NCBI RefSeq assembly: GCF_021869535.1
Contig: NW_026262679.1
Span: 17,174,001 to 17,238,000, forward strand
Length of the DNA: 64,000 nucleotides
DNA from: Mytilus californianus
Taxonomy: Eukaryota
Direction of reading: 5' to 3'
Shown: positions 14,551 through 27,889 of the stretch, in pieces
Numbering within the stretch: position 1 is the stretch's first letter
Layout of the letters: every line of letters begins with the position of its first letter
Notes under the pieces: model-generated
Seen by the model: the letters and a program-made list of their open reading frames with translations, nothing else
Told to the model about the DNA's origin: nothing
The model's database searches: none
Program-made: the position numbers and the translations under genes

Positions 14551-15242
14551 GTAAAAAATCGTGTCTGAAAAGAATAATTCAAACAAACACACGCATTAAT
14601 CAATGTTGGCTAAACGGAGAAATGCAAATTGCATTGGTTGTCCAAAATCATAATAAAAAACCACAAAAATTTAATAGCTTAAAATATAAATCATCTGCCA
14701 GTTACTTTTACTTGCATAAACAAACATATATCCAATACATATGTCTCGTTATATTCTGCAATTGTTGGTAAATATGGTAAATATCTTCAGTCGACATTAG
14801 CCGAAAGCATGTGGATTAGTGTCACTATATAGATTGCTTACATTTGGATACTGATTTAAGTATACATATTGAATTAAGGTATAGCAATAATACACAGTTT
14901 AATCATGTTAATGTCGGACTACCTCAAAAGGAAAATTCAACACTTTTTAAATCGTTAGTTTTGTGTTAACTTATTGCTTCCATAGTATTTATTGTGTTTT
15001 CCCTCCCCTTACTTTTTTACTTCAATTGATGATTTTGAATATCAGTACAATACTGTTGCTTTAATTTACCATAAATTAATCATTGTAGTATTGATTAATA
15101 AAATGCAACTCGATTTAACAGACTGAATCACGTTAACTTTGTTGTATCGATCTTAATACACAGGTAAAGTTAAGATGACTAAAGATGAAAACGCCTTTAG
15201 CAAGATAACTATGAATATATTTGTGTATTGTTTGTGTGCCCA

Positions 15243-15279
15243 ATGTGGAATATAATTATTACAAGTTTAACGTTTTTTG
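15243..15279 (+). CDS. Candidate first coding exon, signal peptide (MWNIIITSLTFF-D)
   Basis: First in-frame ATG after an upstream TAG, hydrophobic run and strong donor G|GTAAGT. Phase 1 matches the next exon and gives MWNIIITSLTFFDIGVC. Confidence 0.6.
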
Positions 15280-16253
15280 GTAAGTATTTATTGTATTAAT
15301 TTGATGATAACTTCCATTATTATTCCCTCGTATATTTAACCAAGAAATCAATTCAGGTATGTTACGTAGTGATAAGGATGTTATTTCAAGAACGACATAA
15401 TATACATTAATAGACTTTAAGCCTTAAACTGGCAATCAACAACACAACATTGTCACATGTCCAACTTAATTTTGGCTAAATGAATTTTACATTGTATTTC
15501 TCTAAAATTTCGATGAGCAATATGTCTTTTGTAGTTTTGTCAAAACGTTGTACTTTTAAGCCTTGATTTTTCTCGTTTACTGATCATAATGTTAAACCAT
15601 TTTAACAGACAGTTTTATTTTTCCAATATTTGTCATGCTAATTGATTAAATTAGATTATATACGAACGTTGCATGATTCTTCTCGACAAGATTTTGTTCA
15701 CTATCTTACACCAGATCTTTCACGATCCAATCGCAATACTTGACCACCGCTACTTTTCCCGATACACCGAATGACAGCCGTGTAAAAGTTACCCTGATTG
15801 TCATTATTATTATACCTTAAGAAGCTGTAAACATAGACTAGTTAAATGGTTATGTTAAATTTTCGATACATCGTCTTCATGTTACAATTTTATTGTATTG
15901 TTTACCTACTACGGAAATAGATTGACAATAGTTATCTGCTCAACATATACGATTTTAAACAGAGGCGGAAGATACAAAGGGGACAATAAAAACTAAGTCG
16001 AAGAAACTTCAACGCCCTGGGAAATAGCGAAGGACGACAAAAACACAGACAAATACAAATTTTGTGGTGTCATTACAACCTATTTCAAACAAAAAGTTTT
16101 GATGAATCTTCAGAGAGTTATTACTGATTCTCGAATGCAAATAAAATGTTACACTTTGTGTGTTATCAATTTATTTGTATATTTTTAACAATGATATTGT
16201 TAGCTTTTAATTAAGATAAAACCCATCAAAAGAGATCTCTTTTATCATTTCAG

Positions 16254-16541
16254 ATATTGGTGTATGTCACACAGTTTTTCATGTAATAGGGTCAACAATT
16301 ACACTAACATGTGAGGAAAATAATGCTGTTTCGTGGAGAGGGCCCTGCGATGGTAACACAATCTATTCTGAAGCTGGTCAAATAAATGAAAATCTGCCGC
16401 AAAATTTGATTAATCGAATTTATATATTTGGAAATATTTTCAGAATATTCAATGCTCAGTTGAGTGATGCAGGATTGTACGAATGTGTCGATAATATCAA
16501 AGGAACAATTACAATAACAAGCTTCAATCTTTCATTACCAG
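16254..16541 (+). CDS. Ig-like domain exon
   Basis: tttcag acceptor and G|GTAAGT donor, 288 nt, phase 1-1. Translates TITLTC...VSWRGP...FRIFNAQLSDAGLYECV, with the Ig Cys, Trp and D-x-G-x-Y-x-C signature. Confidence 0.9.
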
Positions 16542-18689
16542 GTAAGTTGCCGTGTAATATATACTTGTACAATAAATGCAGACACACATAGGGATGACGA
16601 CCTCCTAGTGGACTTATATAAAAGCAAAAATAAAGCATTACCGCATTAATTCTAAAACAAAGACAAACATGCTAACTGGTCGGGCATGGGGACAATTTTT
16701 ATCAAATCAGTCTCAATGATGAAATATCTAATTGATAATAATATCAATCGAAACTTGATGAAAAATTAATGACTGGATAGGGTCTGCATAATTAAGCTTT
16801 TGACATACAAATTATATCGTTTTTTATTTTGCTATAACATTCCGGTGAGGCTTGCTAGTTTTAAGAAGATTTTTCTCACGCTTAAACAATACAGTCGCTC
16901 TTTAGTAACAAAAAAGTAACAAGTCGGTGATGAATACTCCTCTGAAGAGGTTTGTTTATTACTTCTTTATGTTTGTGTTAGCTGGCATGAAATTCTGCTT
17001 CCACTATATTCTTAAACATGGAAGCTCATTCGTCCTGTTTTAAAACTAGATACTTCAATAAAATACTGAATTCAGAAAACGAATAAAAACACATGATTAA
17101 TCATAAGTTTAAGATAAATAGACATTGAACAAGCTTAAACACAGCTCCGCTCATTTGTCGATCCTAAGCGCAACTTTAGCTTGGTTGTTGTCCGGCATCT
17201 AACTCTTTAGTACAATAAAGCTCTTCATTAGATTATGCTTAGGATACCGTGTTGCAGCCTTGACCGATTATACGGCTGATGGCAAAGTGATCGCGGTGTC
17301 CAATCGTAATGGGGACAATCCAGCTTTCTTCATAATTATTTATAAATCTTCATCATCTATAACTTCCCTATGTAAGACATATCAGTCATGTTACCCTCTC
17401 TTATGTTTTAACAAGTAAGAAGATACACTGAGCGTAAACAAAATGATCAGTCAAAGAATGACAGAACCATGAAAAAATAAAGGGGAGAATAATATAATAA
17501 ACCCACACAGGAAACCTCATTAAAAACTAAAACGAATTGATACCGATGAGTAAGCAGTAAATAGTTCACTTGTCGTAGCAGACTTTTTGCCATGAAAAGT
17601 AAACGTCAAAGACACGTCTCAAAATAAACCTTTAACATTAAATTCAAAGCCATTGGTTCAGTAACTGCTTTGTTAGATCCAACCATTTCATCTACATAGC
17701 CTACGTCATTCTGATAAGAAACGAAGCTATGAAAAATTGAAGAAACTGGATGAGTTACATAGGCATTTGTCGCTAGAATGATGACTAATACATTAAATAA
17801 GTTAGTGTCTTGAAAATAGAAGTCATCTCTGCTTTTTAAAAAATAAAATAACAAAGATACTTAACTCCAAGGAAAATTCAAAATAGAAAGTCTTTTGTCA
17901 AATTAGAATTCAAAAGTTGTTGTTGTAGTTATTGGTTTTGACAGGCGGCTTACTTATATAGTAATTGCGCCTTAAATCCATATAACATAAATATGATGTA
18001 TATACGCTCATTCCTTAATATATTTTTAGTATTACATTTTGGCGAGTAATTATATGAAACTGTGACGAACAGGGTTGACTGTTTTACAAAAAAGTATACA
18101 TATGAATATTAAAAAATTAATATTAAAAAAACAAAAAAACACAGAAAAAAAACACAAAAAAAAAACAAAAAAGAAATTGAAAGTAAAATGAAACAAAGAA
18201 AACAAATGATAGTTTATAATAAAATATAGATTATTTACTGATTGGTATCATAATATTATTTAGAAAATTAATCAGGTTTGTTCACCTTTGTGTCGTCTGT
18301 GATAAACTCGTGAAAATAAAGTATATTAAGAAACATAGAATAAGGCATGTGATAGTTAAATGCTACCAATGCGAGGACGTCTTCCACGATTGATGTAGCA
18401 GATAAAGAATAAAAAGTTCAAACACATCAAACGAATGGAAAACATCAATTTTAAACCAATCCGCACTGTCAATTTAGTTGCATCCTTTATGTTTAGTTGT
18501 TTTGAATAAATTTTGCCGTATTTTCTGATACTGGTTAAGTTAGAAATATGTTATTAGTTGTAACGGCTTATAATAAATAATTATGGTCCGTGATGTGTAT
18601 TTTCTTTTATGATTTTTTTTATGTAAATGTTGGGGACTTGGATCATAACCCATTTAAAAAAAATAATAAGTTAATTAAAAACCAGAGAA

Positions 18690-19165
18690 CAATTGAAGGT
18701 CTTTCCACCCATAAAGATCAATTTTGATATAGAACTATGAAAATTCAGTTTGAAATATCAAATCCAGCGTCAAATGATAGCTTATTGTACACTGATTAAA
18801 AAAATATATGGTTTCTATACATTTTTTTCTAAATAAGGGAGATAAATTGTTACTTCTGGTTTGAAATATGTCACTTCCGGTTTTATTTGATAGTTTACTT
18901 GATACTGATTCCAAAAATATATTGTTCAATATACTTTTACATTAAATAAGTACAAAAATTAACCACTTCCGGTTTACACAAGGTCACTTTCGGTTGGCTT
19001 TTCCATGGTCAAGCGCAAAAACTGTATGATACTATATAAGAAATATCTTAGCGACATATTGCGAAACAAAAATTTTACGCGAGAACAAAATTTGGCGGAA
19101 GAAAATAATAATAATAATCAGAACAAATACAATAGGTCTTTCTACAGAAAAGTGGAAAGACCAAA
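18690..19165 (-). mobile_element. Non-autonomous Helentron-type element
   Basis: Hairpin GGTCTTTC/GAAAGACC (19135-19162), adjacent (AAT)n, distal subterminal repeat GGTCTTTCCAC (18698-18708) and internal CACTTCCGG repeats. Confidence 0.7.
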
Positions 19166-19501
19166 TTAAGCTTGCTTTAAAATCATACAGTATTGAAGGC
19201 TATGTATTTCCGAGAATATTTGATCCACGAGAGTATCATTAGCCTAGTAGTCTAGTGATACTTCGATGCTTGTATAAAAATACAGACATTGTTTTATTCA
19301 AATTTACTAGAATATTTAGAACTATTTTTTAAAGAACGTACAAACCTCATAAATAGTTCAGATCCCTTGCCCGGATTTGGCTATACGATTTTGCAAATTT
19401 TCAAATATTTTGGCCTCCAGCATCACTGAAGATACATTAAATGACAGACTTGGCAAAGGATGCAGCAACATTGATACCGTTAACGTTATTGATGACATCT
19501 A

Positions 19502-20005
19502 CTACAAACCAGTAAAAGTTTGAAATTGGCACTTTTATACTCGACTGTGCTGATTGTTACTTGACTGTACTGATCGTTACTCGACCAGTCTGAATTTTAC
19601 TGTATATTTCTCGACTGTAGTCTGAACCATACTAAACAGTCTGAACTTGTACGCGACCAGGCAGAAACAGTCCTAACCCATTCGTGACCTGTACTTAACC
19701 AGTTATCGACCTGTTTTCAGTGTTAACACTTGACCAATGGATTTTAAGTTCTGAACTCGACAGCTAGTCGACAGCTAGATGGTTCAGACTTGATCGAATA
19801 AGGTTCAAACTTGTGTCAAACATGTATTCAGACTGTATAAATGGATACGAACTGCTCGAGTTCAGACTGTTTAGTATGATTAAGACAAGAGTCGAGTAAT
19901 ATCGAATAAAATTCAAACCAATTCAGAATGGTCGAGTAAAAACAGTACAGTCGTGTACAAATACTGCTCATTTCATACTTTTACCAGACTTTTACTGGTT
20001 TGTAG
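19502..20005. mobile_element. MITE with 18-bp perfect terminal inverted repeats
   Basis: CTACAAACCAGTAAAAGT (19502-19519) is inverted at 19988-20005. Internal AGTCTGAAC/GTTCAGACT motifs are mirrored. Confidence 0.8.
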
Positions 20006-20544
20006 AGTTCCTTCCCAATGAACTTCCACAGACACATTTAGTAGTTGTCAGCTGCTGCATATTTTGACTTTAATCTAGAAGTTAAAAACGGGATAGTTGA
20101 AACTAAACATATTCTAGTCTTAGATACATGATTTTTTATTAGTTGTTATTGGCTTTGAACTAGTTGTCAGTTCTGTGAGTACTCTCAGATCTATACTTAG
20201 TGTCTTTTTTGTTTTTGTTGGGATGTGTAAATACCCTGCCACATCTGGTATGTGTTTTCGTTTGGTTTGTTGTTTTTCTGCTTTGTATCGATCTGATGAA
20301 TTTAGCCTTTTCAACAGATTTTCATAGTTTCTTCTCATGCTGTACTGTTACACCACTATCCCAGGTTAAGGGGAGGGTTTCGCGCGCCAGAAAACATGTT
20401 TAACTCCGCCACATTCAGTATGTGCCTGTCCCAAGTCAGGAGCCTGTAATTCAGTGTTTGTCGTTTGTTGCTGTATATCATATTTGTTTTTTGTTTATTA
20501 TTTTGTACATAAATCAGGACGTTGGTTTGAATGGCTTTATATTT

Positions 20545-20700
20545 ATCATTTTGTGACCTTTTATAGCTGACTATGCGGTATGGGTTTTGCTCATTGATGA
20601 AGACCGTACGGTAAACTATAGTTGTTTACTACTGTGTCATTTGGTCTCTGGTGGAGAGTTTTCTCATTGGCAGTCATACCACATCTTCTTATTTTTATAA
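20545..20700 (+). repeat. Abundant short dispersed repeat ending CTCATTGGCAATCATACCACATCTTCTT
   Basis: Related copies at about 13845-13985, 26690-26800, 29160-29195, 10110-10150 (minus) and 54105-54150 (minus). Confidence 0.65.
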
Positions 20701-21060
20701 TTACTACAAAGGAGATGATTTCAATTCTCCCGGGTTGAAATTTTCATTTCTGCGAAGAAACATTCCAACATCGTTTGCAAATAGAGTTTATATCTCCAAG
20801 TTAATGCGATATACCATGGCTTGCATTTGATTTCATGGTTTCTTTGATAGAGGGTTTCTGCGAACAAAAAAGCTTTCAATGCCACAGATTACCGCTGAAT
20901 TGTTCCACTTCTTGCTGCTAAAACCCAGTCTTTTTTACTGATAATATCGGATTCTTTCATGCAGTTAATAACACAAAGGATGCCACTAATGGTACAGAAA
21001 CTATTTACTCTTCCAAAACATCTGGTCAATTTATTATCTATCATGTCGGTCAATCTGTTT
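20700..21060 (+). mobile_element. Decayed fragment of the same Penelope-like RT C-terminus
   Basis: AAAGGAGATGATTTCAATTCTCCC and ACATTCCAACATCG...TATATCTCCAAGTTAATGCGATAT align by eye to 55920-56100. Confidence 0.6.
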
Positions 21061-22607
21061 TGTAGTGTATTGTAAATCGTTCTTTGTCTCTTCTTAGTTT
21101 TTATGTTTAACTATGGCGATGTCTGCTTTTTTTAAATTGATGGTTTTGATTTCTCCTTTTTATAGCTCTCCTCTTTTTTCCTTCTATATTGGTATGCGGT
21201 GCAATCACATGACTCGTTAACGCATTTTCTGCAGGAATAACAAGGCAGTTGTCACTAGTTTCATGAACTGCTGACCTTCTTGATCATCTGAGTTTATCCC
21301 GTTGTTTTGGTGCAGTTAATTTTTCTCTTGAGTTGTATATGTATGTCTAGTGTGTTGTGGACTTGTTTGTCATTTCAAATGTTTTTTTTTTTTTGTTTTT
21401 TTTTTTCGTCCAGATTGTTGTCTGATTTTATCTGATTTGGAATTATTTTCTTATTGTTCCCTTGGCGTTTTTTTTCCAATTTCAGAACACGTTTAATTGT
21501 AAGCAGAGCGTTCAAACGACCTTTCTTAAGTACATTTGCCATTATTTTCTTACAGAAACGACAAAATACTAATACTAAATTGTGAATGTGGAACATTGTT
21601 TTAGAGGGTAGTTAAATCAAGCTTTTCGGTCTTTTGCTTGATCAGAAAGATTCTGATAAAATGTGCCCTTACAATTATGTATTTGGATCATCATCTGCTT
21701 CACATGCTGCTAGAGTAGGCAGTTTTATGGGTTATTTTAGTCGTATGTTGTTTATTTCCCCTTGGTATCTCTGTTTTTTCCATTGCTGAGCATATAAATG
21801 CATGGATGTCCCTTAACGTTGTTAAGGAACTTAAACCTCTAGAAACAAAAAATTAAATATATACGATCATTAATCAGGAGACAATATTAGTTAACTTTTA
21901 GAATATTCCTGGTGAGTTATTGCCTTGCAGAAACTTTAACGGAAAGAAAATGTTCTTAATTGATGGGAATATGGATAACATGTTATGTTGAGTATACGTC
22001 AATAAGACAGTAAATCCAAAGACCAAGCAAATCAAAAGACATTTCGAGGACAAAATACAGGTTTCAAATAAAGAAGTGTCTTGATAACTTTCCTAGCTGA
22101 ATGGTAGAATGTATTTCTTATTTCTTAGGCAGATTTTTTTCTTGTAATTTTATTATTTTCTTACTGATCAGAAAAAATGTTTAGCAAGTTGTTTAGATAT
22201 CCTTAAAATCTAAATTCTTCAATATTTACAGTTGTGTTGTGTGTAGTACAATATCGAATGTTTTAGAAAATTCAAAGATCGAAATATTTAACAATTTTAA
22301 CTCCTTGAATTGGCGCCGTTCCTGTAAGGCTGGCATGAATATGGACTCAAAGTTGAATCCAGGATCGCTCTTATTGTTTTTTTTTTTGTTTTTTTTTTGC
22401 CTCTTGCTTAGTACTATTCAAAAAGGTGAACAGAAGACACAGTATTATTATTTATACTTTGAGGTTTTCGTGTTCAATATGGCAATTTTGAAATGGATTA
22501 ATAGACTAATAAATTCATTTAAAATACCGATTTCAGTGACTACTTTATATATCATATTTGCTATTGTATATTGTATATCGCAACCAGATATTCATATTTC
22601 GTTTCAG

Positions 22608-22689
22608 CGCTTTTGAGTTCATCTGACGCGTCTTATTACCGGTTCATGCTGGTGGATGCTGATTCACAAAAACTTATCGTAGGTCATAT
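22608..22689 (+). CDS. Sema domain exon 1 (ALLSSSDASYYRFMLVDADSQKLIVGHM)
   Basis: tttcag acceptor, AT|GTAAGT donor, phase 1-2. Resembles the Sema blade-1 start (Y..+L.D....L.VG). Confidence 0.8.
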
Positions 22690-23436
22690 GTAAGTATAAT
22701 CAATAGCACTAAATTTATCGCACCATATGTTCTATTCGCGCCATCATGAATTTGTTGGAAATTATAACGTTTCAAATTCTGAAGTCACTCAATACATTTT
22801 GAATCGTATGTAATCATGTCTTCATTTACTTCTCCTGCCTGAAACTATGAAATAGTGTGACGGATGATTTATATCTGGAGATGATAATCATGCTGATTTA
22901 TAATTTAAAGAACAAATATGCATGAAAAGACATGTCGTACTTCTACTGCCTTTTTTATCTATGTTTTCGGTATTATCGGTATGAACATCGATTCGCTACT
23001 CTATTGTTGGGAGAAAAACAAAACAAATATCTCGTTTGTTAACCAATTTTGTACAGATGTGTTTTTTACATTGGACTCACGTCTTCCTGAAATATTCATG
23101 ATGTTGCTATATGAAATTTACAGTTAAGTGCAGCCATCGATATTACAGAATAGGACGACATGATTTCATACTTACAGTGAGGTTTGATACGGTGTATGAT
23201 ATTGAAAAAATACACTTTATTATAAACTTAAAACAGTTGTAATACATCATGTGCTACAATGTCTGATATCGATATCATGACGGATGACAAAATCGATTGA
23301 AATTGGTTGTATTACACATAAAATGTGCTTCTTCATGTATAATATATTCAACAGATATGTGCAGCGATACTGATAGAATTACATAATAGCGTATTGACAA
23401 CTATTTCTTCACAAACAAAATAGCCTTCGTCTGTAA

Positions 23437-24118
23437 GGGAATGGTCATTTGCAACCTGAAAAGGGGGATTAAGGGGGCCTTGAATTTTTTTGTGTATGGA
23501 AAGGGGGGTTAAATTTTTCAATACTTAAGATGGGAGGCATCTACAAAATTGGACAACATTTTAACAATTCTGTATTTGAAACATTAAAGTATTTGAAACA
23601 TTAAAGTATTTGAAACATTAGTACAAAAAATTATATCCAATTTAATGAATACTCTAAATCAGTATATGATAATTTTCAACAAAAGTATCTAACTCTAGAT
23701 TCAGATTTCATATTTATAACTATTGTGTCATATTTTTTTTACCTTAAACTTCATTTCAATGTTAAATGTTTTATTCATGTGAATTTTTACCACCTTCTGT
23801 TTGTGTGTTGGACATTAAGAATGACTATAATAAGGAATATTGGTTTGATGTCTTTCGGTTTTTACAGGTTTTTCGCGAGGTTTTCTTAATATCATACTCC
23901 TTTCCATATAATAAAACTCTAATAATGTTTTATAGTTGTTAACTTATATGGTAATCGCAAAACTCATGATTGAGCATACATTTCAAATTGAAGTTTTCAT
24001 ATCTTTGGAAAGAGGAGACTGAATATATTTTCTTTCTTCTAGGTGGGAACTTGAAAAAAATCACAGAAATTCAGATGTTTCCTCCCATCCCGACTAATGA
24101 AAGAAAATGAACAGTTCC
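23437..24118. mobile_element. Possible PIF/Harbinger-type MITE
   Basis: Imperfect TIRs GGGAATGGTCATTT / AAATGAACAGTTCC (11 of 14 match), with TAA on both flanks. Confidence 0.5.
23572..23620 (+). repeat. 17-bp tandem repeat, about 3 copies
   Basis: GTATTTGAAACATTAAA repeated. Confidence 0.9.
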
Positions 24119-24299
24119 TAATATTTTTTTCAAATCGCATATAATTATTTTTTATCAGTTTCGTTGCACAGATCTCTGAACTCTTATATTTTTTTCCTAG
24201 GTCTTCATTTTAATATTTAATTGTTGAATGTTTACTTTAGACTTTTTTATATGGATATATATATATTTATTTTAAACGGTTTTTACTATCATTTGAAAG

Positions 24300-24354
24300 G
24301 AATTATATAGATATACTTGATATTTCCGACAAGCCAGTGTTTCCAATAGTTCCG
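24300..24354 (+). CDS. Sema domain exon 2 (NYIDILDISDKPVFPIVP)
   Basis: AAG acceptor, CCG|GTAAGT donor. Phase 2-0 bridges both neighbouring exons. Confidence 0.7.
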
Positions 24355-24865
24355 GTAAGTATATAATTTAAATGACTTTTCACAAATTGTATATTTTGAT
24401 TTCCATTGCTTGTTTTATATGATATGTTCTCATATTTTAAGGTACCATGTACTGAAATGGGCGGATTTCTATGAAATATTGCACAATGCATTTAACTTGC
24501 ACACGTTCCTATATATAGCAAATTAAATATCCAGAAAAAAGAAGTTCAATTGTAAAGTATCCACGTTAATAGCCATTGTAATATTTAATTTTTATTTCTT
24601 AAAACGCAGTCCTACATGTATCGACTGAAATTACCGTTTTAATGATATAAAATATAGATTGGTGTAGAGAAATAAGACAATGGAAAAAAAAGTGTCGACT
24701 GGAAATTTACCAACATACATACTTTATAATAAAACCGTTTCCTGATGTCATATTTTTTTTCTGTTACATTTCATGCGGATGATTTACAATAATGACAATT
24801 CAGGTCAAAGAAACAATTCGAAATGCAGATTTTGTAAGATTCTGAATAACAAATTTGCATTGTAG

Positions 24866-24928
24866 AAATCCCATCGCTTCACATCTAATCCGAACAGCTT
24901 GGACTACTGTAAACTTTCCAAACAAGAG
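24866..24928 (+). CDS. Sema domain exon 3 (KSHRFTSNPNSLDYCKLSKQE)
   Basis: tgtag acceptor, GAG|GTAATC donor, phase 0-0. Supplies the conserved Cys before the CQNHIR motif. Confidence 0.8.
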
Positions 24929-25315
24929 GTAATCTATGTATTTGAATTAAAAACAAAATTAATTTTCTATTTAAAACAATACAACTTAACACGTTATACA
25001 ATCGGTGAAAAAAGATCATTGCAATTGTAGAAATTATAAACATCTGCGTCAAATGTAAATATATTTCCGCCAAAGGCAGGTAAGGATAAAAGGTAGAATT
25101 TTTTTCACATAAATGTATATAAAATAAGCCTTCGAATGTCATGGCAAGTTTTGGGCTCGCCTAATAGTCGCTTGTAAAACCGCCTAGAAAGATGGAAACT
25201 GCTATTATCATGCATTTCAACGTTTGTATTTTCTATCCAATTGATTTAAAATGCAGAATTAGAAATCAAATATCTATGATCGGTAGTTATAACAGTTGTT
25301 TTTGTTTAGCCCTCT

Positions 25316-25469
25316 CAGAGGCGGATTTAGGGGGGGGGGGGGGGGGGGGGGGCCTTTTGTGGGAAAAATTTGGTTGATTATATAGGGAATCATTGAAGCA
25401 TGACTGGAGCGGGCCCCTCTTAGGCAGTCAGTGGGCCCCCTCTTATGAAAATGTCTGGATCCGCAACTG
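25316..25469. mobile_element. 154-bp MITE with 5-bp target duplication CCTCT
   Basis: Termini CAGAGGCGGATTTAG / CTGGATCCGCAACTG, CCTCT at 25311-25315 and 25470-25474, and an internal 23-G run. Confidence 0.75.
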
Positions 25470-25639
25470 CCTCTAATACCGATGACGTTACCACATTTTA
25501 AGATGTTATGTTATTTAATGTAAAAAAATCATGTTATACAATACCCGGAATAACGTAAGCAAACAAGGATAACAAAAGCAAATAGTGCCACTGTTATGCA
25601 ATTAGTGATAACGGAAAGTAAACATGTTTTACCCCGCCT

Positions 25640-26050
25640 TCTTCTGTGTGTGTTTTTCCTAATTGACATTGATGAAAATTTAAGCTGGGAAGAACATGTT
25701 GATCGTATATGTAAGATTATCTCATCTAAAATATCACTTTTGTATAAACTTGAAAAATATTTGCCTATACACATAAGACAACTATTTTATTATGTATACA
25801 TTCTACCATATATAGACTATTGTAGTTCAGTTTGTGGAAATTTATTACAAAAAGAATCAGACAGAATCATAAAACTTCAAAAAAGAGTAGCAAGCATTAT
25901 ACTTGAATGTGATATTTTTGTTCCATCTAATTTTATGTTTTCTTCTTTAAAATGGCTATCTTTTACAGAAAGAATAAAATACCAACAATCAATTTTAATG
26001 TATGAAATTGTAAATGGACTAACACATATTTTACCAAGGGTGTGTACTCA
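25640..26050 (+). mobile_element. CR1/L2-type LINE RT C-terminal fragment
   Basis: IDENLSWEEHVDRICK...YILPYIDYCSSV...IKLQKRVASIIL...LKWLSFTERIKYQQSILMYEIVNGL. Confidence 0.85.
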
Positions 26051-27309
26051 AAGCGTTTGAAGAACGTCATATTAGAATAGCAATCATACCACATCTTCTA
26101 ATTTTATATTGAGTACGGTAAAACGATAACGTAATTCTATTTAAACAAACATAAATTCAAGGAGACTACCCAGTAAGTTTAAGGGGTTTGCTTTCGTTTT
26201 TTTTTTCGCTTTAAATCACCGTTTTAACTATAATTCTCAAAGAATTCTTTTTTAAAACAATTTTGATACGCCATCGATTCTTTGAGCGGTGAAGGCAAAA
26301 CAACAGTTATAACTTTAAGGATCCTATGAACTTTTTGTGTATATCTAAATATATTTACCTATGTTGAAAGACGTGCATAGTGTCAAATCATAAAAATACA
26401 AATTGTTTAGTCTTTAGGAAAACTTGTAAGATTTCCTCTGCTATTTTTGCTAGATAGGTGCAATTTGGGTACCGTGACGTTAGAGCTTTAAAACTTAGTA
26501 TTTAATGAATCCAATGTCATTCTGCATATTTTGGTTATTTACATGACACCGTATCTTTAAGAAAGTGTGGCGTAAGATTTGCAAATGGGTGTTTTGAAAA
26601 TTTAAAGTATTCAGTGTTTATAGAATAATTAAGACTTGTTACATGTAAATTACAAAGATATACTTCCAATTAAAACAAACCTTTTCTCATTGTTGAAGGC
26701 CGTACGGTTGCCTATAATTGCTTACATCCACTTCATTTGAACTTTGGTGGATAGTTGTCTCATTGGCAATCATACCACATCTCATTATTTTTATATTGGA
26801 TTTGGATATGCTAAATTATTAAATGAATTGAAAAAAAAACTTTACTTTTAAAAATACTTTGTATTACCCTTTCATATATTACTAAAGACAAGTAATGTAC
26901 ATCAATGATATTGAAATAGTTTATTTGTAAGACTGCTTAAAGACATGTTTGACATAGCTAATTCATTTTGTATGTTTCTGTACCAAACCAGATGTTTGAA
27001 TTCCTCTGATTTTCGTAGGTTTCCGTCTGTCATATTGTCTTTCGTTGAATGTTATAAGTCTGAATTAAGCCGTTCGTTTTCTATTTCTAATACATATCCA
27101 TACTTTAATACCTATCTGTATTTTAATACTCATCCTTACGTGGCCTTTTATACCTTAAAATACGGTATTAGTTTTGTTCATTGTTGAAGACCGAACAGTT
27201 ATACTCTTCCTTGTCCTTCGATCTTTAGTTATGTATTATATATAGACTTCAGACTATGGAGTTGAAATTGTTTATATTCAAATCGATGACTGATATTTTA
27301 TTCTTTCAG

Positions 27310-27496
27310 GTGCCATATTGTCAAAATCATATCAGGTTTATCAGTAAAAAGAAAGAGGATATCTTGTTTGCATGCGGTACCAACGCGGATGCACCTATAA
27401 GTTTTGAAATCAATACAACAAGTGGCATAGCAACGCATGGATCTAATGTACCTTGTTCAAATGACCCATTTCACAATTTCACAGCTATTTACATTA
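27310..27496 (+). CDS. Sema domain exon 4 (VPYCQNHIR...LFACGTNADAP...PCSNDPFHNFTAIYI)
   Basis: ttctttcag acceptor, A|GTGAGT donor, phase 0-1, classic Sema motifs. Confidence 0.95.
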
Positions 27497-27889
27497 GTGA
27501 GTATCTCGTTTGTAAAAAAAAACATATTTTGTTGAACAAAAGCAAGGAAAAGTGTCAAAGTTGCCATCAATGGATATTACTTAAATTTTAGTTGATTCTA
27601 GATTTTTGTTTTCTTGCAACTGAGGATATGTCCTCTGTGTTTTGATTTAATATGTATAACAGTTTTAAAATAAAAAGAAGACAATTTAACATAATTAATT
27701 TATGCAGGTAAAGACCTTGTATATTCAAGTCGAACATATTTCATTTTGGTTTTCGAAATTTGAAATTTAGACTTGCTCAGTAATTTAAAGTTTTTGTAAA
27801 TCTTGAACAAAATAACTATAGAAACATACTAACATTTGTTATATCCATATCAACTAAAAGATTGAAAAACAAATTGGCCACACTTATTT

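Noticed and set aside
19415-19475. GCATCACTGAAGATACATTAAATGAC, related to the 536-family hammerhead
   Set aside because: GAAA and stem III are lost, so it is a decayed relative and not a ribozyme.
22335-22425. Alternative signal-peptide exon just before Sema exon 1 (MNMDSKLNPGSLLLFFFLFFFCLLL)
   Set aside because: The hydrophobicity comes from a poly-T run and the donor (GTGAAC) is weak. Not fully excluded; it is the main alternative to the Ig-first model.
25330-25352. 23-G run as a regulatory G-quadruplex
   Set aside because: It is internal to a MITE, so no locus-specific role can be supported.
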